Positions 51,416-63,427 of a stretch of DNA of 64,000 nucleotides are shown in pieces. Each line of letters starts with the position of its first letter. Position 1 is the first letter of the stretch. The stretch covers positions 3,520,001 through 3,584,000 of the forward strand of contig OY969724.1 in assembly GCA_963702205.1 (NCBI GenBank). The letters run 5' to 3'. The notes below the pieces were generated by a model, which saw only the letters and a program-made list of their open reading frames with translations, was not told the origin of the DNA and searched no databases. Source of the stretch: an uncultured candidate division Zixibacteria bacterium. GTDB lineage: Bacteria; Zixibacteria; MSB-5A5; GN15; PGXB01. Position numbers and translations under genes: made by a program.

Positions 51416-52892
51416 CCGGCGGTCTCATCATCTTGATGGTATCGTCGGCGCGCCGTACGGCCCGGTTGATCAAACCTTCTTCGTAGGCTTCATGAAACAG
51501 CGTAACGAGATCCGGATCGAACTGGGTGCCGGAATGTTCGCGCAGTTCCCTTAGTGCGAATTCATGCGTTTTACTCTGGCGGTAGGGCCGGTCGGAAGTG
51601 ATGGCATCGAATGTATCGACCACGGCCAGCAGACGACCTTCTATCGGGATTTCTTGGCCTTTCAGGCCATTGGGATAACCATTGCCATCGAATCTTTCGT
51701 GATGACATAAAATGTAAGGTATGACCGGCTTTAGGTAAGGCACCTGCCCCAGTATAGCCGCGCCTCGTACGGGATGCTGCTGCATGATCAGGCGCTCTTC
51801 GTCATCGAGCCGCCCCGGCTTGTTGAGAATGCTGTCGGGTATGCCGATCTTGCCGATATCGTGCAGCCGACAGCCGGTTTTAAGCCGGTTCATGCGCCTT
51901 TTATTCCAGTTCAGTTTACGGGCCAGAATCTCAGCGAGGTAATACACGCGATCGGTATGTCCGGCCGTGTAATTATCGCGAGCTTCAATGGCATTGGCCA
52001 GGGCTCCGATGGTTTGAATATATGATCGTTTCAAATTATAAATAAGCCGGGAGGATTCCATCGCCGCTGCGGCCTGCGAAGCAAGCAACGAAATCATGTG
52101 CATCTGGCCGGGAGTTATGTGCTTGAAACGGTCATCATAAACGACGTTCAAATGCCCGAGAAGAATGCGTTTGGAAATCAACGGGCAGGAGACTTTCGAG
52201 CGGCGGTACGGCATATCATCTTTTTCGATTTCGATATTCTCGCAGAAGACGCCGTCGCCCCGCTCGGCAATCGCCCGGTCCAACGTCTGACCGTTCAGAA
52301 ATTCATTGATCTCAGGATTGTCGTATTCACCGCCGATGCACTTCACACGATTACATCGCTGTTTTTTATCGTACAATAATATCGACGAAGCCGTCGCCGG
52401 CAGTTGTTGCAGCAATGTCTCATTAATCAAATTCAGAATCTGATTGAATCCTATGCCGCGGGCCATAGCTTCGGAAATTTTCCTAAGTTCGGCCTGGCTT
52501 TTCAGGGCGACATTTTCTCGCCTGAGCTGCTGATGATCCAGCCCCCGCTTAATTGTCGAGGTCAGGTCTTCCAGCTTGAAAGGTTTTATAAGATAATCAT
52601 AGCCGCCTTTTTTAAGTACTGATATGGCCGTCTTGACGGTCGGATATCCGGTCATAAGAACCACAATGCAGTCGGGATGATTCGCGAGAGCTTTCTCGAG
52701 AATTTCAACGCCCGAATGATCACCCATAACCAGGTCGGTCAGGACCAGATCGACGGTATTTTTGTCCAGATGATCGAGCGCTTTAACCGGGTCTGAGAAT
52801 TTGCTGACATTGAAATCCTTAAATTCGCCCAGCGCTTCAAGGATTATATTGCAAATGTAGACTTCATCGTCAACGACCATGATATCTTTCAT
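51405..52892 (-). CDS. REC-GAF-HD-GYP response regulator (c-di-GMP phosphodiesterase)
   Basis: Receiver domain; LHDIGK, HHERFDGNGYP, D.FDA.TS.RPY. Confidence 0.92.
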   Translation of the reverse strand: MKDIMVVDDEVYICNIILEALGEFKDFNVSKFSDPVKALDHLDKNTVDLVLTDLVMGDHSGVEILEKALANHPDCIVVLMTGYPTVKTAISVLKKGGYDYLIKPFKLEDLTSTIKRGLDHQQLRRENVALKSQAELRKISEAMARGIGFNQILNLINETLLQQLPATASSILLYDKKQRCNRVKCIGGEYDNPEINEFLNGQTLDRAIAERGDGVFCENIEIEKDDMPYRRSKVSCPLISKRILLGHLNVVYDDRFKHITPGQMHMISLLASQAAAAMESSRLIYNLKRSYIQTIGALANAIEARDNYTAGHTDRVYYLAEILARKLNWNKRRMNRLKTGCRLHDIGKIGIPDSILNKPGRLDDEERLIMQQHPVRGAAILGQVPYLKPVIPYILCHHERFDGNGYPNGLKGQEIPIEGRLLAVVDTFDAITSDRPYRQSKTHEFALRELREHSGTQFDPDLVTLFHEAYEEGLINRAVRRADDTIKMMRPPVTA

Positions 52893-53035
52893 ATTATCTC
52901 CTGTCGTAAAAACTCGAAGCAAGTAAAACCAAATTACATCACAGTCCTTATCATCATTATCGACCGGAAAACAGGAGGCAATATGGGGGTAAAATTGATT
53001 GTATTAAAATAAGGCGGCCTGTGGGACCGTTCCCA

Positions 53036-53905
53036 TCATGACCTGAACTGCTCGGCGGCATTGTATGAAGAACGTACCAAGGGACCTGCAAAAACGTGCC
53101 GAATTCCCGCAAGTTCGGCCTTTTCGGCCAGTGCCGAGAATTCATCCGGGCGGTAATATTTCTGGATCGGATAGTGCCTCTTTGACGGAGCCAAATATTG
53201 CCCGATTGTCAGGCTTTCCACGCCGGCCCGCTTTAAATCTTCGAAGGTTGTTACCAATTCATCCTCTGTCTCACCCAGACCGACCATAAGGCCGGACTTG
53301 ACCATCATGCCCCCAAAGGTTCGGGCAGAGTCCAGAACGGCCAGAGACCTCTCGTAAACCGCCTGTGGTCGGACATCCGGATACAGTCTTTTGACGGTCT
53401 CGACGTTGTGATTGAATACTTCAGGACTCTCCGCGAAGACCGTATTCAGGGCTTCCCGGCTGCCCTGAAAATCGGGTGTCAGCACTTCAATCGTCGTGCC
53501 GGGGCTTGCGGCCCGTACGGCCCGAATTACCTCGGCGAAATGTCCTGCGCCGCCATCGGGAAGATCATCGCGCGTAACGGACGTTACCACGGCGTGTTTC
53601 AAATTCATGATTTTCACGGCTTCGGCCACCCGCGACGGTTCTTCCGGATCAAGCTTTCGGATCGCACCGCTTGTCACGTTACAAAATCGGCAGTTGCGGG
53701 TGCAGTTGGGCCCCATAATCAGGAATGTGGCCGTCCCGCTGGAAAAACACTCTCCCCGGTTGGGACAATTGGCTTCCTGACAGACGGTATGCAAATCGTG
53801 CTGTTTTAAAAGAGCCTGCACGTCCAGGTACTGCCGGCTGAAGCCCGCCTTGACCTTAAGCCAATCCGGCTTTCTGACCCCGACGGATTCTTTGTTTTCA
53901 GACAT
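53036..53905 (-). CDS. lipA: Lipoyl synthase
   Basis: C.EA.CPN..EC, CTRNCRFC, RSSY. Confidence 0.95.
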   Translation of the reverse strand: MSENKESVGVRKPDWLKVKAGFSRQYLDVQALLKQHDLHTVCQEANCPNRGECFSSGTATFLIMGPNCTRNCRFCNVTSGAIRKLDPEEPSRVAEAVKIMNLKHAVVTSVTRDDLPDGGAGHFAEVIRAVRAASPGTTIEVLTPDFQGSREALNTVFAESPEVFNHNVETVKRLYPDVRPQAVYERSLAVLDSARTFGGMMVKSGLMVGLGETEDELVTTFEDLKRAGVESLTIGQYLAPSKRHYPIQKYYRPDEFSALAEKAELAGIRHVFAGPLVRSSYNAAEQFRS

Positions 53906-54038
53906 ATTTTCTTGTCCAATTCCTGCACATAAATTGGCCCAAAGCCCATATTGCGGGCCTTTGCAGAGCTCAGGCATCAAGTTATAAAAAATTCGCTCGA
54001 TATCAATAGAAAGATAAAAATTATTGGAGCTCCCATCG

Positions 54039-56166
54039 ATGGTTCACAGAATTATTCTGTCTTTGGCCGTTGCTTTCTTGTTGTTTTCGGTCGATTCGGC
54101 CGCTGCCGGAAAAAGTAACGCTTGTTCCAAATTGCTGGATCCAACAATAAAAGTCCAGCGTCCGGGTGGTTTCGATCATCTGGCCGCGGCTTCCGCCTGC
54201 ACCGTCCTGATGAATCAGGATATGGCCTGGCTTATATCAGACTGGGTGGTCGGCAACGAGCTCTATAAGGGTTATCAGAATCCTTCACAAACCTGCACCG
54301 ATCCCTATCCATTTACCGTCGAAGAAGTCTCCATGGTCTTGTATTTTTATCAAGCCTGTGATATTTATGTGTCCGTCGACGTTGAGTCGATCGATAATTC
54401 GACCCCGAGCTGTCCCGTACCGGGCGACATGCTGTCGATTTCATCAGAGTATACTATAAGTATTCCGGCTGCGGATTTGTACGAAGTGACCATTCCCCTC
54501 GATGAGCCGGTCGCGGTCAACGGCCCGTATTTTGTCGGGTTCTTTTTATCTTTCGATGATCCTTATACTATGATCGACCTTGTTACCGACTCGGTACCGA
54601 TAGGCTGTACTACTTTCAACATCTGGGATGAAATGATCGGGTACATCGATCTTAACAATAATAATTACTATGATTTCCCCGGTCGAATATTCCTCTTTTC
54701 GTACGGGACAACCGGCGGCAACAGCGGTGGCGATGATACAACCGGTACCGGCACGACCAATCCCGAACCGTCCACCGTCATGCTCAAGCCGCTGAACAAT
54801 GAGCTGATTCAGGGCCAGCCCCGAATTTGGGCGTCGGAAACTTCGGGCAGCTCCATCATAGACTACATGGCTTTCGATTACCGGAGCTTGGGCGGCGGAT
54901 GGAATTTGATCGGTTACGATTTCGACGGCACGAGGATTCTTCGCAACGGCGTCGATCCCGCCGGAGCCGGCGATGGTTTCAGCATTCTCTGGGATTACAC
55001 GGTTCTCCCCGAGAACCAGTACCTGGCTGCGATCCCGGGTGCTGGATACATTGGGACGCTCCGACGTTGACTCGCACCTGGTCGTGGTCGACCCGACTCC
55101 GCCTCAGGTGCAATTGAACGGCGTTACTTTTGGTCAGACGTTTTGTACACCTATGACAATAACCGCACAAACTCAGGATGAAAATATCGACAGCGTCGTA
55201 TTTGAAAAGAAGAACGTGGAGTTTAATTACGAAATTCCCGTCGCCCATTTGAATCAGAACAATTTCGGCAGCGGATCCGGACAGTACTACTGCGGGCCGG
55301 TGGCGGCCGCGACAGCCGTGCAGTATTATTTCGATCAGGGATATACGTACCTGATGCGCGAAGGAACGTCGGTTCTGAGTATCGATACCGTCGTGGAACG
55401 GCTGGCCGAAGCGATGCAGACCGACAGGTACAACGGCACCTACGACGACCTGTTTTATCTCGGCCTGAACCAATATGTTCTGACTCACGGTGGAGAATTG
55501 GCCCTTGATGTAGTCAGGAACCCGCAATATGGCACGATTCGCAATTATTTTCAGGAACGCGAGAATTTCGTCGTCCTGGCTTTGTCGGGAACGCCGGGGA
55601 TTTATTTAACTCTGGCCGGTGTCTATGGTCTGGCCGATCTGTCCGCTCGCTATCAGGTCAAAATCACCGATCCGCTTAGCGGTCAGCTTCTTTCGACCTA
55701 TATGCAAAACGGCCCATCCACGGCCCGCCTGTATTATAACAACGGATGGCACGACGTCGATATGATTTTCACCATTCGTGGTTACAATCAGGTAACGCAG
55801 AGAACAAGGCTTGGTGTCGATAAAAGCAGTTCCGGTGGATGGTCATATATCTGGGACAGCTATGATCTAATCAATGATTCTTTGTATTTCTTATCGGTCA
55901 CGCCTTATGACGCTTCGGACCTTCATACGACGACTACGGTCCTGATGCAGTACGATTGCAACTACGTTAAAGGCGATTACAACGGCGACGGACAGGTTAA
56001 TATCGGCGATGCTTTGTATTTGATAGATTATTTGTTCAAAGACGGAATTCCGCCCGTCGGTGGCGAAGGCCGGGCCGATGCCAACGGCGACGGCTATATT
56101 GACATTGCCGACGCCGTATACATCATCAAGTACGTTTACGGTACTATTTCAGAGCCACAGTACTGA
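54039..56166 (+). CDS. Secreted protein with C39-peptidase-like region and dockerin-like domain; +1 frameshift at ~55023
   Basis: Signal peptide; ORFs 54024-55070 and 54973-56166 join as ENQY-WLRSR; YYCGPVAAA; GDYNGDG/ADANGDG. Confidence 0.7.
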
Positions 56167-56202
56167 TTAAAAGCAGAATCATCATTTCAATATCGCAATC
56201 AT

Positions 56203-56541
56203 CTATTTACGTGCCAGCGCCGCGCTGGCGGCCCGTTCCGCGATTTCCCGGTCGATATTGCAAACGTCGATTATCTTGTCGACCGCTTCATCCAGATATT
56301 TCAGCCACTCTTTGTCGGGATAACGCCGCACCAGGTCATCGGTGATTTCATCGGCCATGGTGGCGATATAGACGGCGTATCGGCGGCGATGCTCCAGCTC
56401 AAGAAACGGCAACAAATAAGTTTTTGCGAGGTAGGCCAGAATCGCCATGAACAGCGCTCCGACTCCTCCGGCCAGCCCGATTATATTGTGGGCCACAAAC
56501 TCCAGCAGGGAGCTTAATATGGGTATAAGTGCCAGTGTCAT
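56203..56541 (-). CDS. Small membrane protein, holin-like, last gene of the capsid operon
   Basis: N-terminal hydrophobic helices followed by a charged helical domain; terminal position in the operon. Confidence 0.45.
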   Translation of the reverse strand: MTLALIPILSSLLEFVAHNIIGLAGGVGALFMAILAYLAKTYLLPFLELEHRRRYAVYIATMADEITDDLVRRYPDKEWLKYLDEAVDKIIDVCNIDREIAERAASAALARK

Positions 56542-56557
56542 GAATTATTCCTTTCCT

Positions 56558-58457
56558 TTACCAGGTTAACTGCCATGAATTCTGATCGGGGACGGTGACT
56601 TTCTCGCGCAAGATGGCCCCGTCCGATAAAGTAATACTTATTTCATAAGTACTCGAATCCGGCTCGAGCCGAACGCTGGGAATAAGATCGATATAGAAAT
56701 ACCCCAGGCTGTCCGATTGCGTTTGACGCACTAACGGTGAGACCACTGCCCCGCCAAACCTTCTCACCCCGGGACTCAGGTGCGCCTCGATTTCGGCATT
56801 CATCTCGGGATTGGCGGCGATATCATAAATATAGCCGTAGACACGACATAAATCCGGCTCCGGGGGCAAACCGGGATCGAAGTGGTATCCCATGAGGCTG
56901 TCGCAGCCCGGCCCCTCAACCGATATTGTATCAAAAGACTCAAAAATGTATGACGGTGCTTGAGCCAGAATCAGGAAATCCCCCACATCGAGGTTGAATC
57001 CGACTTCGCCTTCGTAATTGGTAACACCGCCCGCTATAAAAACCATTTGGTCCACCGAACGCACCGCCACCCGAACGCCCGGCACAGGGCTTTGTGTGGT
57101 ACTATCAATGACTGCTACAGTCCGGGCGTACATTCCGTCGCCCAGGGATGACCCGGCTTCGGTCCTGTTCGAATCAACCCAGCCGCCTTCGACCGTTCGT
57201 CCTGAGTAATCCCAAATACCGGCCGCTGACAGACCGGAGGCTTCCCCCTGATAGGCGGCGCTGTCGTCGGCCGACCAATCATCCGGTGCGACCGCCAGTA
57301 TCTGACCATCAGAATTGGAAGCATTAGCCGTGATCGTCCCGCACCAGTTGCCCAAAGCGTCTCCGCTCGGCGAATTGCCGACTATATTCAAGCCAAACAG
57401 ATTGTCATTGTCACTTTCCCCGTATAGATATAATCCAGCGGCTCCCGCGATTTGGGACGACGTCTTGAGGAAGGCTGCGTTGCCTGCTGTATTTTCGACA
57501 TGTAGCGCACCTTCGGTGTAGAAAGTGCCGCTTAGTTTCAACTGGCTTGCCGATAGTTCCACTCCGTGCGTATGACCGGTTCCGTCGAGGAAATATTTCA
57601 GGTTGTCGGCGGCATCGCTGTCGCCGGAAATCGAAAGCACGTTGGAGCGGGCATTCACCGAATCTGTCGAGGGATCGAACGTCGAGAGACCGGCATTAGC
57701 CAGTGAAGAGATATCGGCGGCCGTCGAATCGACCACTGTCACTTTGTTTGCAACCGATGCCACCGAGCCATGGAGATTGCCGTAGATTCCGGTATAGCTG
57801 CCGGCTCCGATAACGCGCAATGGAGCTGTCTGACCTGATCCTGCCAATAAAGCCAAACCGTACGACCAGTTTTCTCCGGTGGCGATATGGCTGGTATAGA
57901 ATTTCGCGGCACTTCCGCCGGAATTATAAACATAAAAGGCCGCGTTGCCGTCGTTATTTTCAAGTGACAACCTCCTGGCCGATAGTACCTACATCGTGAC
58001 TCGAACCCGTGCCGTCCATGAAATATTTCAGATGATCGGCGGCGAGCGCACTTCCTGATATTCCGGCCAGGTCGGCCATGATCGTGTCGGTCGCCACGTC
58101 GAAAATGTCGGCCACGTAGATATTGTCGAGCCGAAGAATGTACTCTTTTCCCTGGGCTTTCCAGCGGAGGCGCGGGCTGTAGACACCGGCCGAATCGGGC
58201 GTGCTGAAAGTATAACAATATTCGCCGGTGCGGCCGTCCCAGTTTGACATAACGGTTTCGTCAACGACCGCCGTCGATCCCGACCCATAATAAACCGAAA
58301 TAAATATCGAGTCTGGTGTTATTGGCTGACCGTCGGACGTATCCGGGACGACAAACATCACCGGAACGTCTTCGCCGAAACCGTAAGGATCGCCAAAAGC
58401 CGGGATCGTTCCGATTATCATTATTATGAGAAAAGCTGTGACGCCAATCCTTTTCAT
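56558..58457 (-). CDS. Secreted hypothetical protein with internal duplication; +1 frameshift at ~57989
   Basis: ISG...AAD.LKYF.DGTG..H.V.LSA occurs twice after repair; signal peptide. Confidence 0.65.
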
Positions 58458-59524
58458 TTGTTTATATTCTCCTGTTTACTGATTAAATATTCGAACATGC
58501 GGTTGGTACGGCCGGTCGTTGTTCCGCCTTCTCCCCCGCCCGGGAGATAAATCGAATCACTGACCGCGGATGACGCATTGCCCGCTACATCCAGCGCAAA
58601 GATTGAAAAGTACACCCAGTCCGGCTGCACCAGGGACAAAGCAAAATCATCGTTTTCGTTTTCCACGGCTGCCCCGGCATAAAGAGAATATCCATCGGTC
58701 GTGTCCTCGGGGATTGAAGTCGTATCCCAGCGAATGATCGTTCGTTCCAGGTCGGTGGAATCGACCGAGCCGATCCCAAGCTTGACGCTGTCGGGGTCGA
58801 GATGAAGCACCGCGATCGCGTTCAAGGCGTCATACGAATCGGGTGCGGAGCTATCCTCTCCGCCACCGCTGCTTCCGCCAAAAACGTGCAGGAAAGGGCC
58901 GACCGCCGATGAATGATCCGATGAATAAAAGCCCAGATAAATCGCTTCTGTCCCGGCTTCATAGGACATGTCCAATACCGCCGATTCAAAGGCCATACTG
59001 AAATTGACACCGAGTCGTACATAAACCGTGTCCAGAGCCGCCGTGCTGCCATCGTGCAGGATCAACGTATCGGCAGGTGCATCATCAAAACGGTCATCAC
59101 CTCCGGCGGCTCCCGCCGTCGCCCAGTCATCTCCTGACGCAAACTCATTCCACGTAGCCTCATTTTCAACCCAATCCCGTTTGCAGGTACAGGCTTTCAT
59201 GGACAGCGTATCTCCGGCCTCAATCGAACCGGTGCACACTAAACCAATAAAGGCGCTGTCAATGTCACCCTCATATACCGGCAGGGCCAGGGAATCGGAC
59301 AGATGAGGAAAGGCGATCAGGATTGTCATCGTATTCCATTGAGAACCGAACAACATGGTGGCGTCGCTGCCGTAATTGGTCGTCGGCAGGTTGGATCGCA
59401 TGTATGTGTCAGCACAATCGGCGGTATCGCTTCCGCTTATGAAGAAATCCCACTGCGCCCTGACCGGGCTTGACGCCAATAGAACCAAAAGCAGCACCAG
59501 CGTTGTTTTTCGATTTATATTCAT
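58454..59524 (-). CDS. Secreted protein with DNRLRE/CBM96-like domain
   Basis: Own SD (GAGGAG) and signal peptide MNINRKTTLVLLL; ADTYM....PTTNYGS, W.E.EATWN, W...GA. Confidence 0.6.
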   Translation of the reverse strand: MNINRKTTLVLLLVLLASSPVRAQWDFFISGSDTADCADTYMRSNLPTTNYGSDATMLFGSQWNTMTILIAFPHLSDSLALPVYEGDIDSAFIGLVCTGSIEAGDTLSMKACTCKRDWVENEATWNEFASGDDWATAGAAGGDDRFDDAPADTLILHDGSTAALDTVYVRLGVNFSMAFESAVLDMSYEAGTEAIYLGFYSSDHSSAVGPFLHVFGGSSGGGEDSSAPDSYDALNAIAVLHLDPDSVKLGIGSVDSTDLERTIIRWDTTSIPEDTTDGYSLYAGAAVENENDDFALSLVQPDWVYFSIFALDVAGNASSAVSDSIYLPGGGEGGTTTGRTNRMFEYLISKQENINK

Positions 59525-60481
59525 TTGATTAATCTCCTCAGGCGTTTGACCGGACAAGCACTTTTGCCGGATATTGAGCCAAAGTACAGAATCCATATAT
59601 TCCAGCAGTCGAGGCGTCCAGGCGGTTACCAGACTGTCCTGCATGATTTCATTGGCGGCAGTATTGGGATGATCGTCGGTGCCTTCATAAATCGTCTCGA
59701 TGCACGCCCAATTGGATGAATCGACACTTTTCTCGACCAGCATATCGAACAGGCTCCATGTCAGGAAATTGGGCCAGTCGGCCGTGTCCTGAAGGGTATC
59801 CCACCAGAAAGCGTCGAACGAAAAGGCGTTGGCTTTTTCATTTGCCGTATAGGAATAAGTGTTTTCGACGTACGCCCCTGCTTTCATCGGCACCTGCATT
59901 ATATAAACGAACACGATATTCGGATACTCGGCCGCCGAATCACGCCAGGACAAAGCCTGAGTTCTGTACGACGCAAGGCTGTCGTCTTCGATATTACCCC
60001 AGTGCCAGTACGCCGGAAGAAACCAGATGCAGTTGTACTGCGTGATATCGACCAATGTATCCGGGTCGGGATCCGAATCAATAACCGTATCGCGGTGCAG
60101 CAATCCGGCCTTCATACTGCTCGTATCGTCCCAAAAGCGGGTCAGGTGATCGAGCCACATATTGTTGGAGCAGTATCCATAAACGTCGCCGATCACCCAA
60201 CCCGATTTGTGATCCGCCGAGTCGAAACGGGCCGTCCGCCATCCCGCCCAGTTATCTCCCGGATCGGAATTGGTTCGATAATCCCAGATGCCGATCGGCC
60301 AGGATTCGGCGCCGCCCAGGCTGTCGAGGCGTGATTTAAAGCTTTCGAGCCGGGCGTTCATAATACGCTGGCCGACCGAAGAGTGCTGCCACATGATCTT
60401 GACCGAATCCGGTCGATTATCCGCAGAACCATGACTGGCCTGCAAAAGGAGCACAGCTATGAAAACATAAAGGGTCTTCAT
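59521..60481 (-). CDS. Secreted SGNH-like hypothetical protein (fused to the next gene in the ORF track, probably by a +1 error at ~59583)
   Basis: Signal peptide; HSSVG and DDHPN motifs; deleting one base gives a stop in an ATGA overlap with the next start. Confidence 0.5.
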
Positions 60482-60482
60482 G

Positions 60483-60767
60483 CTATTTCTTGCGGCTGCC
60501 CTTTTTCGCAGTCGTTTTGGGCTTTTCCTCCGGCTTTCCGCCGAGCTCTTCCTGCCGAGCATCGTTGACCATATCCCAGAATTTCTTTTCGGACTTTCCG
60601 GTCACGGCCAGTTTTTTCTTCAGTTCTATTACTTTCATAAGATCACTCACTTTCATTGTTGATTTATCCTTTTGAAATTCCTGGTATAGAATATTACGTA
60701 CTTTTTCGAGCATCTCCAGATCGCTCAATGACTCACCCGAGTTTATTTCTTTTTTTTCCTCCGCCAT
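60483..60767 (-). CDS. Small charged hypothetical protein
   Basis: MAEEKKE start; tightly packed in the operon. Confidence 0.6.
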   Translation of the reverse strand: MAEEKKEINSGESLSDLEMLEKVRNILYQEFQKDKSTMKVSDLMKVIELKKKLAVTGKSEKKFWDMVNDARQEELGGKPEEKPKTTAKKGSRKK

Positions 60768-60771
60768 TTTA

Positions 60772-61143
60772 TCAATTCCCCATTTCGAAGATGAACAGGT
60801 CGGCCGTAACCGGCCCCGAAGCCGAGGGATCGCGCGCAACCCGAAAACCGGTCGAGCTTTCATCGCCGATAAGAAAAACGTTGTACTTACTGCGCGGTCG
60901 CAATATGATGCGCGGAGCATTGATTGATTCCGGCAGGTTGTTACCCTTCCAGTCGACCAGATCGCTGAAGTTAACATTCTGCTCCAGACCGCCGATTATC
61001 GAGGATCCGAACATGAGGCGCCCGGTGGAATTGATCGCCGCGGCCCCGAGATAAAATATCTCGGCGTCGTCTTTCAGGCCCCAGACGGAGTAATCCCGCA
61101 CCACCCACATTCGGCGGCCGCGCAAATACATCAATGAATTCAA
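60772..61143 (-). CDS. Hypothetical protein of the capsid operon
   Basis: SD AGGAGG with TTG start; tight gene packing. Confidence 0.6.
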   Translation of the reverse strand: MNSLMYLRGRRMWVVRDYSVWGLKDDAEIFYLGAAAINSTGRLMFGSSIIGGLEQNVNFSDLVDWKGNNLPESINAPRIILRPRSKYNVFLIGDESSTGFRVARDPSASGPVTADLFIFEMGN

Positions 61144-61152
61144 TATGACCTC

Positions 61153-61965
61153 CTATGTCAGCACCGGTGGCTTTGGCCGCCCGGCGTCGGGGTGAAAGTT
61201 CTTGATCATTTCGTCGAAGTCGCGTCGGTACGATTCCGCCAGAGACAGCCAGGCCGCGGCGTTCTGGCTCGTGGCTGCGCCGGAACCAAGATCTATCGCG
61301 GCTGCCATGCGACACACGAACGAGACCGCCAGGAAAGTCGCGGCACCCTGTAAAATCGGGCTCGCTCCGAACTTCCCGCCCGGGTCGACCTGGGCCTCGA
61401 CAATGCCGTTGGCATGGCCGACGGCGGCCTCGATAATACTATCTTCGCGACCCGATGGTGACAATTCATAATCGACCAGTACCTGTTGACCGGAATTGAT
61501 GGCGCTTCCCGAAAGCCTGCTGACCCGTCCTTTGAGATAATCCACCTGATAATCCTGATTTTCGACGTACGCCTGGTATCGAAAATACCAGACCGACAAA
61601 GCCGACCCGGCGGTAATGGTACCAGTTGATATTCGCGAGACGGTACAGCCGGAGTAATCGATCATATAGTCGACGTTCTCTTCGAATATCCGGCCCAGAG
61701 ACGAATCCGAAGCCACCGCTACCGGCATCGGCACTGCCGGTCCTCCCGATAAAATAACGGGTACGTCGGCCAGCGTGATCCGCTCATAGTACGGTTCAGT
61801 GCTGGTGATTGCTTTGACTACGACACTCGCTTCTTTTATGACCTCGCCGGGCAGTTCGGCCCAGTCGGTCCCGGTCAATTTGGCGGGGTAATCGAATATT
61901 GCCGATGGACTCATGGCGCTGAGGCGGATATGGCTTTTAACCAAATCTGTATTCGTATAAGACAT
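61153..61965 (-). CDS. Possible head-completion/connector-like protein with inserted duplicated beta domain
   Basis: MSYT..D.V start and I..A...A...V C-terminal helix pattern typical of phage adaptors; E..DY..DY..G.V.R...G.I..G..V.Y occurs twice. Confidence 0.45.
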   Translation of the reverse strand: MSYTNTDLVKSHIRLSAMSPSAIFDYPAKLTGTDWAELPGEVIKEASVVVKAITSTEPYYERITLADVPVILSGGPAVPMPVAVASDSSLGRIFEENVDYMIDYSGCTVSRISTGTITAGSALSVWYFRYQAYVENQDYQVDYLKGRVSRLSGSAINSGQQVLVDYELSPSGREDSIIEAAVGHANGIVEAQVDPGGKFGASPILQGAATFLAVSFVCRMAAAIDLGSGAATSQNAAAWLSLAESYRRDFDEMIKNFHPDAGRPKPPVLT

Positions 61966-63381
61966 TTATTGCTCCAATATCTGCACCGCGCTGGTGCCGG
62001 GAATCGCCGTCAACCGGGTCCCGACCGGTCCGGCGTTAAACTGCGAACTGACCAGAGCCCGGATCCAGAAATGATAGTGCCCGGCGACGTCCTTCTTCTG
62101 CCAATCACCCTCTATCGAGGCGTAATCGTCCCATAAAAGCAGCTCTTTATCGAGACTGTCGAAAGAATAAGCACCGCCCGACGGCACAAAACCGGTCCAA
62201 TCCTGCCCGTTGAAATACTGCCACTCGACGCCGCCGCCGGAACCGGCCGTACTTAATATCAGCTTCAGGTAGTTGAACTTGTCATCCATCCCGAGATAAA
62301 GGGCGTCACCTGCGTTCGCGGCCAGCGACGACGACTCCGAATGCAGAACGTCACCCGCGGTTTCATCGGCCGCGGCCGAGGTCAGGTCCTCGTACGTGCC
62401 GGAACCGGCGTGAAAACACAGCACCTTTGCGAAGGTATTCTTGCGGGCATCCAGGATAGCCGGGTCGGAAAATGATCCCGCCACGCGGCGTGAGTACAGC
62501 AATTTGTTTTGATTGCTCCCGACCGACGACAGGTACACTACATAGGGATTATTGTCGAAGTATCTGATTTGCGGAAACGATCCCTCATTCTCATCGATAG
62601 TCGATATCCCCGTCCACCCGCTCCCGTCGTACTCCCGGAATTTCAACTGGCCGTCGTCGAAGACGATTCCCATGCGTCCGTTTTCGGAAAGGGCGACGTC
62701 GAAATTATCGTCGAGTCCCGCTCCGCTGGCGATTTCCTGCTCCGAGTTCCAGACCGGCGTCGTGAGGTGTTTTCGCCGCAAAGCCAGCTTCGCGCCGCCG
62801 AGGGTATAGATCGCATCAAGAAACGCCCCGAATATAATAATTCGGGAATAGGCGCTGTCGCTTGGTCCGGCAATAGACCAGCCGAAATCATCCGGTCCAT
62901 TCATCCACGTGACTCCGTCGTCATCGGAACTTTTGGCATTCACCATAAATTGGGAGTTCGACTGGCGGCTGAAAGATATCCAGAGTTTATCCGTAGACTC
63001 GATTAAAATCGAAGGATAGAAACACCCCGTCACGTTATAAACCGTACGAAGCGTTCCGGCGTGCCATCCGCCCAGGCTGAATGTAAGTTTTCGGAATACC
63101 AGACTATAACTTGAACCAAGAGTGTACGCCACATAGATGTCTCCCGATGGACTCATGACGGCGTCGAAGGGATAGTCGGCGCTGTCGGAAATCATCGTCT
63201 CCGGTACCGCCCATACATTGTATGGAAAATCGGCGTATGTAATTTTGAAGACGTTACCCGACGTGGCCATGAGCATGGCAAGCCGACCGGCGTACGGGCC
63301 GGAATTTATCTTGAAAATCTTCTTGCCGGGACTGATCCCGGCTTTGTAGAAGGCCGATGAGTTCGTGATAAAATTTCTCAT
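61966..63381 (-). CDS. Hypothetical protein with BNR/beta-propeller-like region
   Basis: Start re-called to MRNFITN; Asp-box S.DDG.TW. Confidence 0.6.
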   Translation of the reverse strand: MRNFITNSSAFYKAGISPGKKIFKINSGPYAGRLAMLMATSGNVFKITYADFPYNVWAVPETMISDSADYPFDAVMSPSGDIYVAYTLGSSYSLVFRKLTFSLGGWHAGTLRTVYNVTGCFYPSILIESTDKLWISFSRQSNSQFMVNAKSSDDDGVTWMNGPDDFGWSIAGPSDSAYSRIIIFGAFLDAIYTLGGAKLALRRKHLTTPVWNSEQEIASGAGLDDNFDVALSENGRMGIVFDDGQLKFREYDGSGWTGISTIDENEGSFPQIRYFDNNPYVVYLSSVGSNQNKLLYSRRVAGSFSDPAILDARKNTFAKVLCFHAGSGTYEDLTSAAADETAGDVLHSESSSLAANAGDALYLGMDDKFNYLKLILSTAGSGGGVEWQYFNGQDWTGFVPSGGAYSFDSLDKELLLWDDYASIEGDWQKKDVAGHYHFWIRALVSSQFNAGPVGTRLTAIPGTSAVQILEQ

Positions 63382-63427
63382 AGCTGTTCCAAATGGGTCC
63401 GGTCCAAAACCGGACCCGGTGGAGTGT

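Noticed and set aside
58454..60562. Single 702-aa ORF
   Set aside because: An internal SD and a second signal peptide at 59524 indicate two genes; the first 27 codons overlap the upstream gene.
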